A program made the position numbers and the translations under genes. From NCBI GenBank assembly GCA_043825215.1, contig JBDRSD010000065.1:1-56488 (forward strand): DNA of 56,488 nt. Reading direction: 5' to 3'. Under the pieces are notes generated by a model that ran no database searches, was not told the DNA's origin, and worked only from the letters and a program-made list of their open reading frames with translations. This document shows, one piece after another, positions 16,529-25,201 of the stretch. Each line of letters opens with the position of its first letter. The first letter of the stretch is position 1. This stretch comes from Nanobdellota archaeon. Lineage in GTDB: Archaea; Nanobdellota; Nanobdellia; Woesearchaeales; JAHJEM01.

Positions 16529-16691
16529 TCTGGTTCTTTGATCAATCTTGACCTCACCACGAATAATCTACACCCACATGAGGCTATTGGCTTTACCACG
16601 GGTGGCGGCCGGGGGTGTGGAGGGGGTGGCGGGTCGGGAGCAGCTAAGAATGCAAGAGTCAGAAGTCATATCTGCCCATCCAAATCAAAAA

Positions 16692-16703
16692 CTTTATATA
16701 TAT
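16692..16703 (+). promoter_or_regulatory. TATA-like box upstream of vapB (probably a leaderless mRNA)
   Basis: CTTTATATATAT lies about 25-30 nt upstream of ATG 16724. Confidence 0.4.
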
Positions 16704-16723
16704 GAATATACATATGTATAGAT

Positions 16724-16951
16724 ATGGCGAAAACGATCATGATAGGAAATGACATTTATGAAGAATTGAAGAAGCTTAAAGGAGAGAAGAGCTTTACCGA
16801 GATTATCCGGTTTCTTCTCGAGAAGGATAGACCAAAGACTGGAAAGGACCTCATGAAGCATTTTGGAACCATGAAAGGAGACAAAGAATGGGACGAAGTG
16901 CGAAAAGAATTGAAGAAGGGATGGGAAAAATGGAACAGACGGTATGCTTAG
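16724..16951 (+). CDS. vapB: VapB-type antitoxin (archaeal DUF217/COG1753-like)
   Basis: 'MAKTIMIGNDIYEELKKLKGEKSFTEIIRFLLEK' is the typical N-terminus of this antitoxin family. It overlaps the PIN gene. Confidence 0.7.
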   Translation: MAKTIMIGNDIYEELKKLKGEKSFTEIIRFLLEKDRPKTGKDLMKHFGTMKGDKEWDEVRKELKKGWEKWNRRYA

Positions 16952-17301
16952 ATACTGATGTCATTATAGGGCTTCTTCTCGAGGAAGAGCGGGCACAAGC
17001 TCTAGTGAAAAGAATGCACAGCCACACACCCGCCATATCCACTATCAGTCTTTTTGAGCTCTTGTTAAGAAAGACGAATCTTGCAGAGCCAGAACGACTC
17101 ATTGCAAAGATGAAAATGCTGTATTTTGATGATTTTGCAGCACGCCAGGCAAGCATCATCTCAAAATATCTTACGAGAAAGGGCAGGATTATTGATTACC
17201 GGGATATATTTATCGCCGCGACATGTATTGTTAACCAATGTCCACTTGCCACATTCAACAATAGGCATTTCAAGGACATCCCCGATCTCATCCTTTTTTA
17301 A
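16930..17301 (+). CDS. vapC: PIN-domain toxin VapC
   Basis: Acidic residues are present in 'CLDTDVIIG', 'LFELL', 'YRDIFIAA' and 'TFNNRHF'. The start could be ATG 16921 or 16930. Confidence 0.8.
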   Translation: MEQTVCLDTDVIIGLLLEEERAQALVKRMHSHTPAISTISLFELLLRKTNLAEPERLIAKMKMLYFDDFAARQASIISKYLTRKGRIIDYRDIFIAATCIVNQCPLATFNNRHFKDIPDLILF

Positions 17302-17336
17302 GAAAAATTCTTAAACTCCCTCTTTATTGCAAGCGT

Positions 17337-17957
17337 ATGATCAAAGGAATCGCATATGACCTTGATGGGACAATCATTGATAGTGAACCTGTTCACAGAT
17401 CAGCATGGATTAAAGCAGCTGCAAAAACAGGAATCAGTCTTTCTGAAGAGATGTTGATGTCACAAAGGGGTAAGACCGATGCAGAATTCACACGGACAGT
17501 CCATCCGTCATTCTCTCCAGACGAGATTAACGAATTTGTCGCTCTCAAGCAAGGATATGTGTCTGACACCATCTTGAATGCAGTAATCTTTCCAGGATTC
17601 CAGGCAGTTTTAAATGAGTTGCAAACAAAAAATATTCCAGTCGGAATATGCACGTCGGCTGGCAGATGGTTCGTCGATAAGGTAATCGAGAAATACCCGT
17701 TCCTTAAGATCGTGACAATATCAAGTGACATGGTCTCGAAGGGAAAACCTGATCCAGAACCGATTCTTCTCACTTTCAAGAATATGGGGGTCAAGATTGA
17801 AGAAGGATTATATATAGGTGATGCGTATAATGATTATCTTGCTGCAAAGGCGGCAGGGTGCGATTTCGTGCATTTTGGTGCGCTTCGCGATCCGAGAGTG
17901 CCAAAGGATGTGCCGGGGATATTGAGGCATGAGGAAATAAAGCGATTTCTGTCCTAA
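17337..17957 (+). CDS. HAD-superfamily hydrolase (second paralog)
   Basis: 'IAYDLDGTIIDSEPVH', 'SKGKPDPEP', 'IGDAYNDYLAAKAAG'. Confidence 0.8.
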   Translation: MIKGIAYDLDGTIIDSEPVHRSAWIKAAAKTGISLSEEMLMSQRGKTDAEFTRTVHPSFSPDEINEFVALKQGYVSDTILNAVIFPGFQAVLNELQTKNIPVGICTSAGRWFVDKVIEKYPFLKIVTISSDMVSKGKPDPEPILLTFKNMGVKIEEGLYIGDAYNDYLAAKAAGCDFVHFGALRDPRVPKDVPGILRHEEIKRFLS

Positions 17958-17989
17958 CATTTTTAATCTCAAGACTATTCTCATCAGGT

Positions 17990-18532
17990 ATGTGGATTGC
18001 AAAAGGTAGGCCTGGTCAGACTGGTTTTAAGAAGAGTGAGTTAGAAGCAGAGCTCAACAAGGAATATGGAGAGAGAAATTGGAGAAGGGTACATGAGTTT
18101 AATGGGAGAATTCTGAAAAAACCTGAGATATTCTCTATCTGCGAGGCAGCATACCTCATGCACTCACTAGACCGGGAGGAGTATTGGAAGCATCTTCTCG
18201 TTGACGCAAAGGATATCTATGACATGAAAATGGAAGAGACCGAATCAGGCTTAGATTATACTATCCAGCATGAATTCACCAGGTTTCACGACATCTGCAT
18301 TCGCAATGTGGTTTATAAGAGAGGATGGCAGTTCAGCGGAGACAAGCTTATCCAGATTCGTTGGAATGAGGCTGAACCGGATTGGTATTCCATTCATTTC
18401 GACCCTGGTAAGGTTCCCTTTCATCGTCCTGATTTGATCATAGCACCACACCTGAAGGGTTGGTGGGATGACAATTCTGTTGAGGATTTCTACCAAAGCA
18501 ATAAAATCCTGCAGGTTTGGCAAAATGATTAG
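17990..18532 (+). CDS. Hypothetical 180-aa protein
   Basis: Clean ORF with no recognisable motif. Confidence 0.45.
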   Translation: MWIAKGRPGQTGFKKSELEAELNKEYGERNWRRVHEFNGRILKKPEIFSICEAAYLMHSLDREEYWKHLLVDAKDIYDMKMEETESGLDYTIQHEFTRFHDICIRNVVYKRGWQFSGDKLIQIRWNEAEPDWYSIHFDPGKVPFHRPDLIIAPHLKGWWDDNSVEDFYQSNKILQVWQND

Positions 18533-18671
18533 CATCCTCTATTTTTCCGCAAGCTTTTTAAACCCCTCATTTTTCCTATGACCTGACGAAAAGAGCAGAT
18601 GCCTGGTCGCGGCACGAGTTCGGACTAGGCTGAACGCAATTTCACGTTTAAAAACTATCGGAGGGTGAACA

Positions 18672-19964
18672 ATGGCAAAAGGAAAAGAACACATCAATAT
18701 CGTCTTTATCGGTCACGTCGACCATGGCAAGAGTACCACAGTAGGTCGCTTGCTGTTCGACACAGGAAATATTACAGAGCAGGCTTTGAGAAAGCTCAAG
18801 GATAAGGCTCAGCAGCTTGGAAAGGCTGGTTTCGAGTTCGCATTCGTCATGGACAACCTCAAGGAAGAGCAGGAAAGAGGGGTCACAATCGACCTTGCGC
18901 ACAAGAAGTTCGAGACCGCAAAATACTACTTTACAATAATCGATGCTCCTGGCCACAGGGATTTTATCAAGAACATGATTACAGGAGCTGCGCAGGCAGA
19001 TGCTGCTGTCCTTGTCGTCTCTGGTAATCCTGGCGATGGCGTCCAGGCGCAGACAAGGGAGCACGCGTACCTTGCAAAGGTCTTGGGTGTCAACCAGCTC
19101 ATCGTTGCCGTCAATAAGATGGACATGGCAAAGTATGATGAGAAGCGTTACGCACAGGTCAAGGAAGAGGTCACGAATCTCCTGAAGAGCGTCGGATACA
19201 AGGTGGACGCTGTCCAGTTTATCGCGATCGCATCTTTCCCAGGAGATAATGTCGCAAAGAAGAGCACGAACATGCCCTGGTATACTGGATCTACGCTTCT
19301 TGAGGCGCTTGACAACTTGGCTGTTCCTGAAAAGCCAACATCTCTTCCGCTCAGGCTTCCCATCCAGGATGTCTATAACATCACTGGTATCGGTGTCGTT
19401 CCTGTCGGTCGCGTTGAGACTGGTAAGATGAAGATCGGTGACAAGGTCATCGCAGTCCCGGGAAGAGAAGGTAAGGGAATAATTGGCGAAGTCAAGACGA
19501 TCGAGATGCACCACGAGCAGATGCAGGAAGCGCTTCCCGGAGACAACATCGGCTTTAACGTACGCGGATTTGGCAAGAAGGATATCGCAAGAGGCGATGT
19601 CATAGGGCCTGTCGATAATCCTCCGACGATCGCTCAGGAGTTCACCGCACAGATAATCGTGCTCAACCATCCGAGCGTCATAACTGTCGGATACACGCCG
19701 GTCTTCCACATCCATACCGCTCAGGTGGCATGCCAGTTCACGAAGATATTGAAGAAGCTGAACCCGATGACTGGAGAGGTTCTCCAGGAGAATCCGGACT
19801 TCATCAAGAACGGGGACGCTGCAATTGTCCAGATAAAGCCTGTCCAGGCGGTTGTCATCGAGAAGAAGTCGGACATCCCGCAATTGTCGAACTTTGCGAT
19901 CAGGGACTCTGGCTCAACGGTTGCGGCAGGACTCTGCATGGATATCGTGAAGAAGCAAATCTAA
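18672..19964 (+). CDS. tuf: Translation elongation factor aEF-1alpha
   Basis: 'GHVDHGKST', 'DAPGHRDF', 'NKMD'. GGAGGGTGA SD upstream. Confidence 0.95.
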   Translation: MAKGKEHINIVFIGHVDHGKSTTVGRLLFDTGNITEQALRKLKDKAQQLGKAGFEFAFVMDNLKEEQERGVTIDLAHKKFETAKYYFTIIDAPGHRDFIKNMITGAAQADAAVLVVSGNPGDGVQAQTREHAYLAKVLGVNQLIVAVNKMDMAKYDEKRYAQVKEEVTNLLKSVGYKVDAVQFIAIASFPGDNVAKKSTNMPWYTGSTLLEALDNLAVPEKPTSLPLRLPIQDVYNITGIGVVPVGRVETGKMKIGDKVIAVPGREGKGIIGEVKTIEMHHEQMQEALPGDNIGFNVRGFGKKDIARGDVIGPVDNPPTIAQEFTAQIIVLNHPSVITVGYTPVFHIHTAQVACQFTKILKKLNPMTGEVLQENPDFIKNGDAAIVQIKPVQAVVIEKKSDIPQLSNFAIRDSGSTVAAGLCMDIVKKQI

Positions 19965-20003
19965 ATTTTTTTATGGAATTTTTTTTGATTATCGGAGACG
20001 AAT

Positions 20004-20315
20004 ATGCAAAAGGCAAGGATCAAGCTCGCATCAACGGATATTAACAAGATTAACATGACCTGTGAGTACATCAAGGGAATCGCGGATAAGACAGGAGTTG
20101 CCCTTCGCGGTCCCATTCCCTTGCCGACGAAAAAACTCAAGCTTGCGACGAGAAAGAGCCCGTGCGGAAATGGCACAGCAACCTGGGAACGCTATGAGAT
20201 GCGCGTGCACAAACGTTTGATTGATCTTGGCATTGACGAGCGGGCACTTCGACTGGTCATGCGTGTTCCGATCCCTGAAGGCCTCAATATAGAAATTGAG
20301 ATGATTGACACATAG
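20004..20315 (+). CDS. rps10: Ribosomal protein S10
   Basis: 'KARIKLASTDINKINMTCEYIKGIADKTGVALRGPIPLPTKKL..' lies immediately after tuf, as in the archaeal str cluster. Confidence 0.9.
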   Translation: MQKARIKLASTDINKINMTCEYIKGIADKTGVALRGPIPLPTKKLKLATRKSPCGNGTATWERYEMRVHKRLIDLGIDERALRLVMRVPIPEGLNIEIEMIDT

Positions 20316-20431
20316 ATTTCTTCAATATACTCCATTTCGAAATGTCATTTCTCTTTTTTTCTGTGTTCTGTAATTCGTTGAAGTAGTAATTCAGGTTCTT
20401 TCCATGCGCATGACAATTTGCCAGAAACATC

Positions 20432-20505
20432 CCGAAGCGTAAGCTTCGGTATAACATAAAGAATAACGCCGCTTGCGCGGCAAAGTATTTCCGTGCCTTG
20501 CACGG
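20432..20505. repeat. Cluster of three short GC-stem hairpins, including a two-hairpin module repeated at 34452-34494
   Basis: CCGAAGC-GTAA-GCTTCGG (20432-20449), GCCGC-TTGC-GCGGC (20468-20481) and CCGTGC-CTT-GCACGG (20491-20505). The last two plus their spacer match the reverse complement of 34452-34494 at about 33/39 positions by eye, and the differences lie in the loops. Confidence 0.4.
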
Positions 20506-20571
20506 GTGCAGTTCATCTTTCAGATAATCTCTCCACTAGCGACAAACTAATAACTACACACTACCAACTAT

Positions 20572-20865
20572 TTACTCGATCTTCACGACAATTCCGCCGA
20601 CCCAGCTTGCTAAGAGGTTGTAGACTGCTGCCGTGCATACTCCCATCAGGAATCCGATGATGCCGTAGAGGATGGGAAAGACTATGATGAGCCCCCAGCT
20701 CAAGCTTGCAAGGGGTTCGAATCCCGTGACCTCCGTTCCCGTACCACCCCCGAAGTTGACAACTATGGCCATGATGAGCCCATAGATGAGCCCAAAGAGG
20801 GCCATGCCAGGCATCATGATTTTTCCATAGGACACAGGTCCGATTCTTGTTAGTTTTCCTTCCAT
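20572..20865 (-). CDS. Small membrane protein (terminal gene of the GHKL/MoxR operon)
   Basis: 2-3 hydrophobic helices and a Gly-rich loop 'NFGGGTGTEVTG'. ATG 20865 is preceded by GGAGGAAT; an alternative ATG at 20880 abuts the nuclease gene's stop. Confidence 0.55.
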   Translation of the reverse strand: MEGKLTRIGPVSYGKIMMPGMALFGLIYGLIMAIVVNFGGGTGTEVTGFEPLASLSWGLIIVFPILYGIIGFLMGVCTAAVYNLLASWVGGIVVKIE

Positions 20866-20880
20866 TTTATTCCTCCGCAT

Positions 20881-21174
20881 CTAAGTGATGCATTCAATTG
20901 TCTTTGAAGTTCCACAGTAAAAGTAATATCCTGCGTTTTTTCCGATGTATTTTCTGATCTTTTGTAGTTGACGCCTGGCTTTGATGATGCGAAATGAGCA
21001 TTTGACTTCGAAGATGTCGACGCGCTCGCCCCAGACTCCGACAAGGTCGATCTCGCCGACGAGCCTGCCGCGGGAGGAGATGAGAGGGATATGCCTCAGG
21101 AAATAGTCGTATTCTCCCTGTATCCTCGCGTACAGGTCTTCCACGAAAGTGTCATGCTTGCTTGTCTTCTGCAA
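20881..21174 (-). CDS. Small PD-(D/E)xK nuclease-fold protein (YraN/Hjc-like)
   Basis: 'GRLVGEIDLVGVWGERVDIFEVKCS' gives the D...(D/E)xK signature spacing. 97 aa. Confidence 0.6.
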   Translation of the reverse strand: MQKTSKHDTFVEDLYARIQGEYDYFLRHIPLISSRGRLVGEIDLVGVWGERVDIFEVKCSFRIIKARRQLQKIRKYIGKNAGYYFYCGTSKTIECIT

Positions 21175-21232
21175 GGCTAATCCCTATCTTTTTTTGGGAA
21201 AGGAGGTATTTATAGTTTGCTATCCTGAAGTG

Positions 21233-24200
21233 TTATGCATTCCAGGCGACAGGATTTTGGGTTTGCTGCGGAGGTGGAGGGGCAGGTTTTGGCTTGATGA
21301 TAGGGTAGTGTTCCTCGTAACGCTTATTAGCGACACACACTCCTGGAACATTGTTTTCCTTTGGACGTGCATCGAATGCTATGTCCTGTTTTTTAAGTTC
21401 CCGCACTCGCTGTTCTTCTTCGTATAGACGGCGGAGTGTCATGTGGGCAAGCTGGTTGAGATAGCGAAGATCGAAGTAATCATAGGGTTCTCTCTTGTGA
21501 AGGGAGAGGCCGATGCGTTCCTGGAGATTGAGTCCTTGCTGTTCCATGTAGTCCATAATTTTCCATCGGAGTTCTTGTTTCTTCCTGTATAATCCTTCGA
21601 TTTTTTCAGCGTCGCAGAAGGTATCCCCAAGTCTGAAGCTTTCATCTGTTCCGATGGCCTCGTGCGCATAGATGTGCAGCATCCTGTCGAGCAGGGTGAG
21701 TGCAACGGCATCTATTCTATTCTTGCTGCCAGTCGCGTATGCTTTATCAAGCTGTTTTAAAGGAGTATGAAGATTGTTGAGGTGGATTGTCCAGACTCCT
21801 TTCTTCTTTGAGGTGATGCCGATATGGCTTGGCTGGCTGACGAGAGTGACGTCGTTATAGGCGAGCTGAATTCTGTGGGGTTCTGTCCTGATCGCTTCGG
21901 AAAGGAGGGAGTCTAGGCTTTCTATCGCGTGGACATAGTCGCGAAGTGTTCTTCCGCAGTCGACGGTCGAGAGCATCTTGTCCAACCTGTCCAGAGGCAT
22001 GTCGTCGAATGAGTCTCCTGAACGGATGCCATCACCGAGGAAGTTGTAGACGACGCTGTTATAATACCAGTCCTTGATATTAGCAAGGAAGTTGTTCCAT
22101 TTATTCTTTCGGTTCTTATGCTGTTCTGCGCGAAGCAGGGCTTTGACTTCAGCCTTTCTTGCCCGCTCCAGTTCTTGTGCTTCCCTTTGTCGTCGATTTT
22201 CGAGCTCTTTGGCTATCCTGTCTTGTTCGTCTCGTTCTTTCTTGTATTTCTTCCGATTTGCTCTCTTTTCCTTCTTCTTTGTTGCTTGTTCTTGGTGGCG
22301 GTGATACCACGCATTGATTTTTTCTATCGTCTGCGGAATGTCACGAGGATCAAGAACTTGAACCAATGGCAAAAGGCCGTTCGTATACGTCCACTTCCCT
22401 GCAAGTCCTGCTCCCTTCCCTCCATAATAGAGAGCAATTGCAGGTGATATGAGCGCGATTCCTGAATATTTCGCAATCTTTCGCCCTTTCGTCTTCGCCC
22501 AATGATGTACTCGCTCAGGGGTATTTTGGAGGTATTGCACGAACCTGTATGCATAGTACTTTCCTGGAGAATAGGATCGACGAAGCTCGTCGATTTGAGT
22601 AGGTGCGCCATCTCTGAATCCTTCTCGGGTTTCTTTGATTAAGTAGATGCCTATGTGAGCCATGCCTATGGGTGAAAGATAATAAAGGACAGAGGCAAGT
22701 CCCTTTGCTTTCTTTTTCAGGTTATCGAGGTGGTCTTCAAGTATCTTGACGTCGTAGGTGCTGCCGACTTTGTATTTGATCTCTTCGAGCCTGGACATGA
22801 CTGCCTCGACGATTGGGTTGGTCTTGTCAACGACGTATTCGTCATGGCTTGGACAGCCGCCAGTGATGAGTTTTCTCCTGAGGTAAAGGTCGACAAGGTC
22901 GTCGATGGAGAGCTTGACTGTCTGTTTCTTGAGGGAAGCATCTTTATCTCTGCTTCCCTGGCTGCGGTCATAGTCAAATCGCTGTGACCATTGTTCTCCC
23001 CATAATGCCTCTTCGAAGCGTTCGAGTATTGACTTTTTCTCTGCTTCTTCTCCGATTGTCCCCGTAACAGGTTTCTCTTTTTGTTCCCTATAGAAATAGG
23101 TGGCGTTGATGATTTTCTTTTCCATGATCTTTTGGAAGAAGGCGTCCTTGCGCATGTTGGAGAGGTATTTCTTGGTGATCTTCTCCCGTTGCTTGTTCAT
23201 CTTCCGTGTTCTTTTTTCTTCGACATTGACATAGAGGCCAAGGCCGTGGAGTGCTCGTTGTCCAAGGTAGTGCAGTCCGTCATAGATGTTGACAGGGATG
23301 TGGACAAGAGCGCTTCCTATCGCTGGCAGCGCGTGATAGATGGTGGTGACAAGGTCGGAGAGAGAATGATGTTCAGTGTCATTGCGTCTGTTTGATTTTT
23401 GCCTTTTGGACTTCATCTGTTCCCGGTTCTCCCTGGCGAGCTTTATTCTTGAGAAATAGTCGACAAGATCGTCGATACAGCCAGGGATTGCCTTTGCGAG
23501 ACGATAGATGCCATATCCTGCAAGTCCGGTGGCTGCTGCCAGAACAAGACCCTTTCCCACGTATTCTAATGGCTTCCAGCCCCAATGCTTGACTGTTTCG
23601 TAGAGGCCAAATCCGAGAGCTCCTGCACCGATGACGTATGGCGCTGCTTGCTTTGCTCTGTGGGAGATCCTGTGGCCGAGGTATGCAAGGTCTGCCAGAT
23701 TTTTTTCTCTTGCCAGTCTTCGTCTCTCTTTCCTGTTTGGAGCATCTGCCTTCCATTTGGCTATTGCTTCTGAGATGTCATTAGGAAGGTCGGTGAAGGG
23801 ATACGTGACAGTCTTGTATATGGAATAACCGCCCAGATAGAGGATGCGAAAAGGCAGCTTTGCAGCAACGGTTGCTCCGTCGAGGGTTGCAGAGATGCCT
23901 TTGGCGAGGTATGTTCCCATGCGTCGCTTGAACGTGTATTCTTTCTGTCTTGCTGCGTAGACCTGGTTGTTATACCGTTTGGTAAAGATGTCGCTTAAGG
24001 TCTGCATGAGGCTTCCTGAAGAGTGGTAGACGATCTCTTCATCAGCGAGGATGACGTCGAGGAAGAGCTCTTCAAATCCTGCGTAGATGCCATCCAGGAC
24101 TGCTGGGGAGTGGTCTGCTATGATATTGTTCCTCCCTTTGGTGAGGGTGACATGGTCCGGCACGTCGACCCAGAAGTCGAGGCCTATATCTGTAAGGGAA

Positions 24201-25201
24201 TTCAGAAGGGTTCTATGGATGGACTGGTCGCTGAAATCCGCATTGTCATACTTGATGAAGAGGCCTCGTTGGGTGAATAGGATTTTGTTGAGGTTCTGGT
24301 TTCGGTATTTGAACCGTGGGTCGGTGAACCTGCCTGCGAGCTCTCGTTTTGACACTCCAAGAGTCATTAGTTTTGTGACATCATCAAGCGTGATAAGGAC
24401 AGGTGATGATTTCGAATAGGTACTCCTGAGCGTGTTTATCTGGTCATCGTCAAATGTTATATCTGCGGCGGCCTCGTCGACCATGCCCAGGTGTTGGTAG
24501 AGTGCATCCTTGATCTGTTGTCTGGATGTCTTATGCGTCGGTATGAATGCAGTCACTTCTGTCCCTTGTTCTCTGGTGTTCAAGGGAGGGTGGAAGCCGT
24601 TCATGGATTGTGGTATGAATCTTGCCATCCACGTGCCGTCCTCTGAGTAGACGTATGCCTGTGCCACGTTTTCCCTACCAGGTGTCCTCGTAACGACCTT
24701 GACGAGATCCGCAAAGTCAACGATGGAATACCAGCCAATGCCGTGTTCTCCGATCTTGGTGGGGTCGAACTCTTTTCCTGAATTGTAGGGGATGATGAGA
24801 TCGCGGACCAATGTCTTGAGATCCATGCCGCAACCATAGTCACGGACGTGGAGGACGAGGTGTTCTGGTTGTTCTTCCAATGAGAAGATGACCCTTCTGT
24901 CGGTTGATCTTGCGTCGTAGGAATCGATGGCATTCTGGCCGAGCTCGCGCAGTGTGGTATGCTGTTCTCCGAACTGCGATTCGATCGTGCGTTCGACGAT
25001 CTTCGGATAGAGTTTATGGGCTGTTGTGGATTCCCTTGTTTCTTCGATGAGTTGGTCAAGTTCCTCTTCTTCGACATCCGGTTTTGCTACCTCTGCTAAG
25101 AAATGGTCGAAGTCCCCTGCCATCTGCATCATGACAAGATCTGCTATGGGGATGTCGATCGATTTCTCTTCTTTGGTGATCTCTTCGAGGAGTTGTTTCA
25201 T
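21233..25201 (-). CDS. 1322-aa protein with an N-terminal Hsp90-like GHKL ATPase, membrane segments and a Lys/Arg/Glu coiled coil
   Basis: N-box 'RELGQNAIDSYDA', G1 'VRDYGCGM', G2 'DPTKIGEHGIGWYS'. Several hydrophobic helices (e.g. 'AAPYVIGAGALGFGLY', 'GLVLAAATGLAGYGIY', 'IALISPAIALYYGG'). A charged coiled coil 'KKKEKRANRKKYKKERDEQDRIAKELENRRQREAQELERARKAE'. ATGA overlap with the upstream gene. Confidence 0.8.
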   Translation of the reverse strand: MKQLLEEITKEEKSIDIPIADLVMMQMAGDFDHFLAEVAKPDVEEEELDQLIEETRESTTAHKLYPKIVERTIESQFGEQHTTLRELGQNAIDSYDARSTDRRVIFSLEEQPEHLVLHVRDYGCGMDLKTLVRDLIIPYNSGKEFDPTKIGEHGIGWYSIVDFADLVKVVTRTPGRENVAQAYVYSEDGTWMARFIPQSMNGFHPPLNTREQGTEVTAFIPTHKTSRQQIKDALYQHLGMVDEAAADITFDDDQINTLRSTYSKSSPVLITLDDVTKLMTLGVSKRELAGRFTDPRFKYRNQNLNKILFTQRGLFIKYDNADFSDQSIHRTLLNSLTDIGLDFWVDVPDHVTLTKGRNNIIADHSPAVLDGIYAGFEELFLDVILADEEIVYHSSGSLMQTLSDIFTKRYNNQVYAARQKEYTFKRRMGTYLAKGISATLDGATVAAKLPFRILYLGGYSIYKTVTYPFTDLPNDISEAIAKWKADAPNRKERRRLAREKNLADLAYLGHRISHRAKQAAPYVIGAGALGFGLYETVKHWGWKPLEYVGKGLVLAAATGLAGYGIYRLAKAIPGCIDDLVDYFSRIKLARENREQMKSKRQKSNRRNDTEHHSLSDLVTTIYHALPAIGSALVHIPVNIYDGLHYLGQRALHGLGLYVNVEEKRTRKMNKQREKITKKYLSNMRKDAFFQKIMEKKIINATYFYREQKEKPVTGTIGEEAEKKSILERFEEALWGEQWSQRFDYDRSQGSRDKDASLKKQTVKLSIDDLVDLYLRRKLITGGCPSHDEYVVDKTNPIVEAVMSRLEEIKYKVGSTYDVKILEDHLDNLKKKAKGLASVLYYLSPIGMAHIGIYLIKETREGFRDGAPTQIDELRRSYSPGKYYAYRFVQYLQNTPERVHHWAKTKGRKIAKYSGIALISPAIALYYGGKGAGLAGKWTYTNGLLPLVQVLDPRDIPQTIEKINAWYHRHQEQATKKKEKRANRKKYKKERDEQDRIAKELENRRQREAQELERARKAEVKALLRAEQHKNRKNKWNNFLANIKDWYYNSVVYNFLGDGIRSGDSFDDMPLDRLDKMLSTVDCGRTLRDYVHAIESLDSLLSEAIRTEPHRIQLAYNDVTLVSQPSHIGITSKKKGVWTIHLNNLHTPLKQLDKAYATGSKNRIDAVALTLLDRMLHIYAHEAIGTDESFRLGDTFCDAEKIEGLYRKKQELRWKIMDYMEQQGLNLQERIGLSLHKREPYDYFDLRYLNQLAHMTLRRLYEEEQRVRELKKQDIAFDARPKENNVPGVCVANKRYEEHYPIIKPKPAPPPPQQTQNPVAWNA

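Noticed and set aside
18648-19883. 411-aa minus-strand ORF
   Set aside because: It is entirely antisense to the unmistakable aEF-1alpha gene. Its Asp/Leu/Arg-rich translation has no motifs, so it is a classic shadow ORF.
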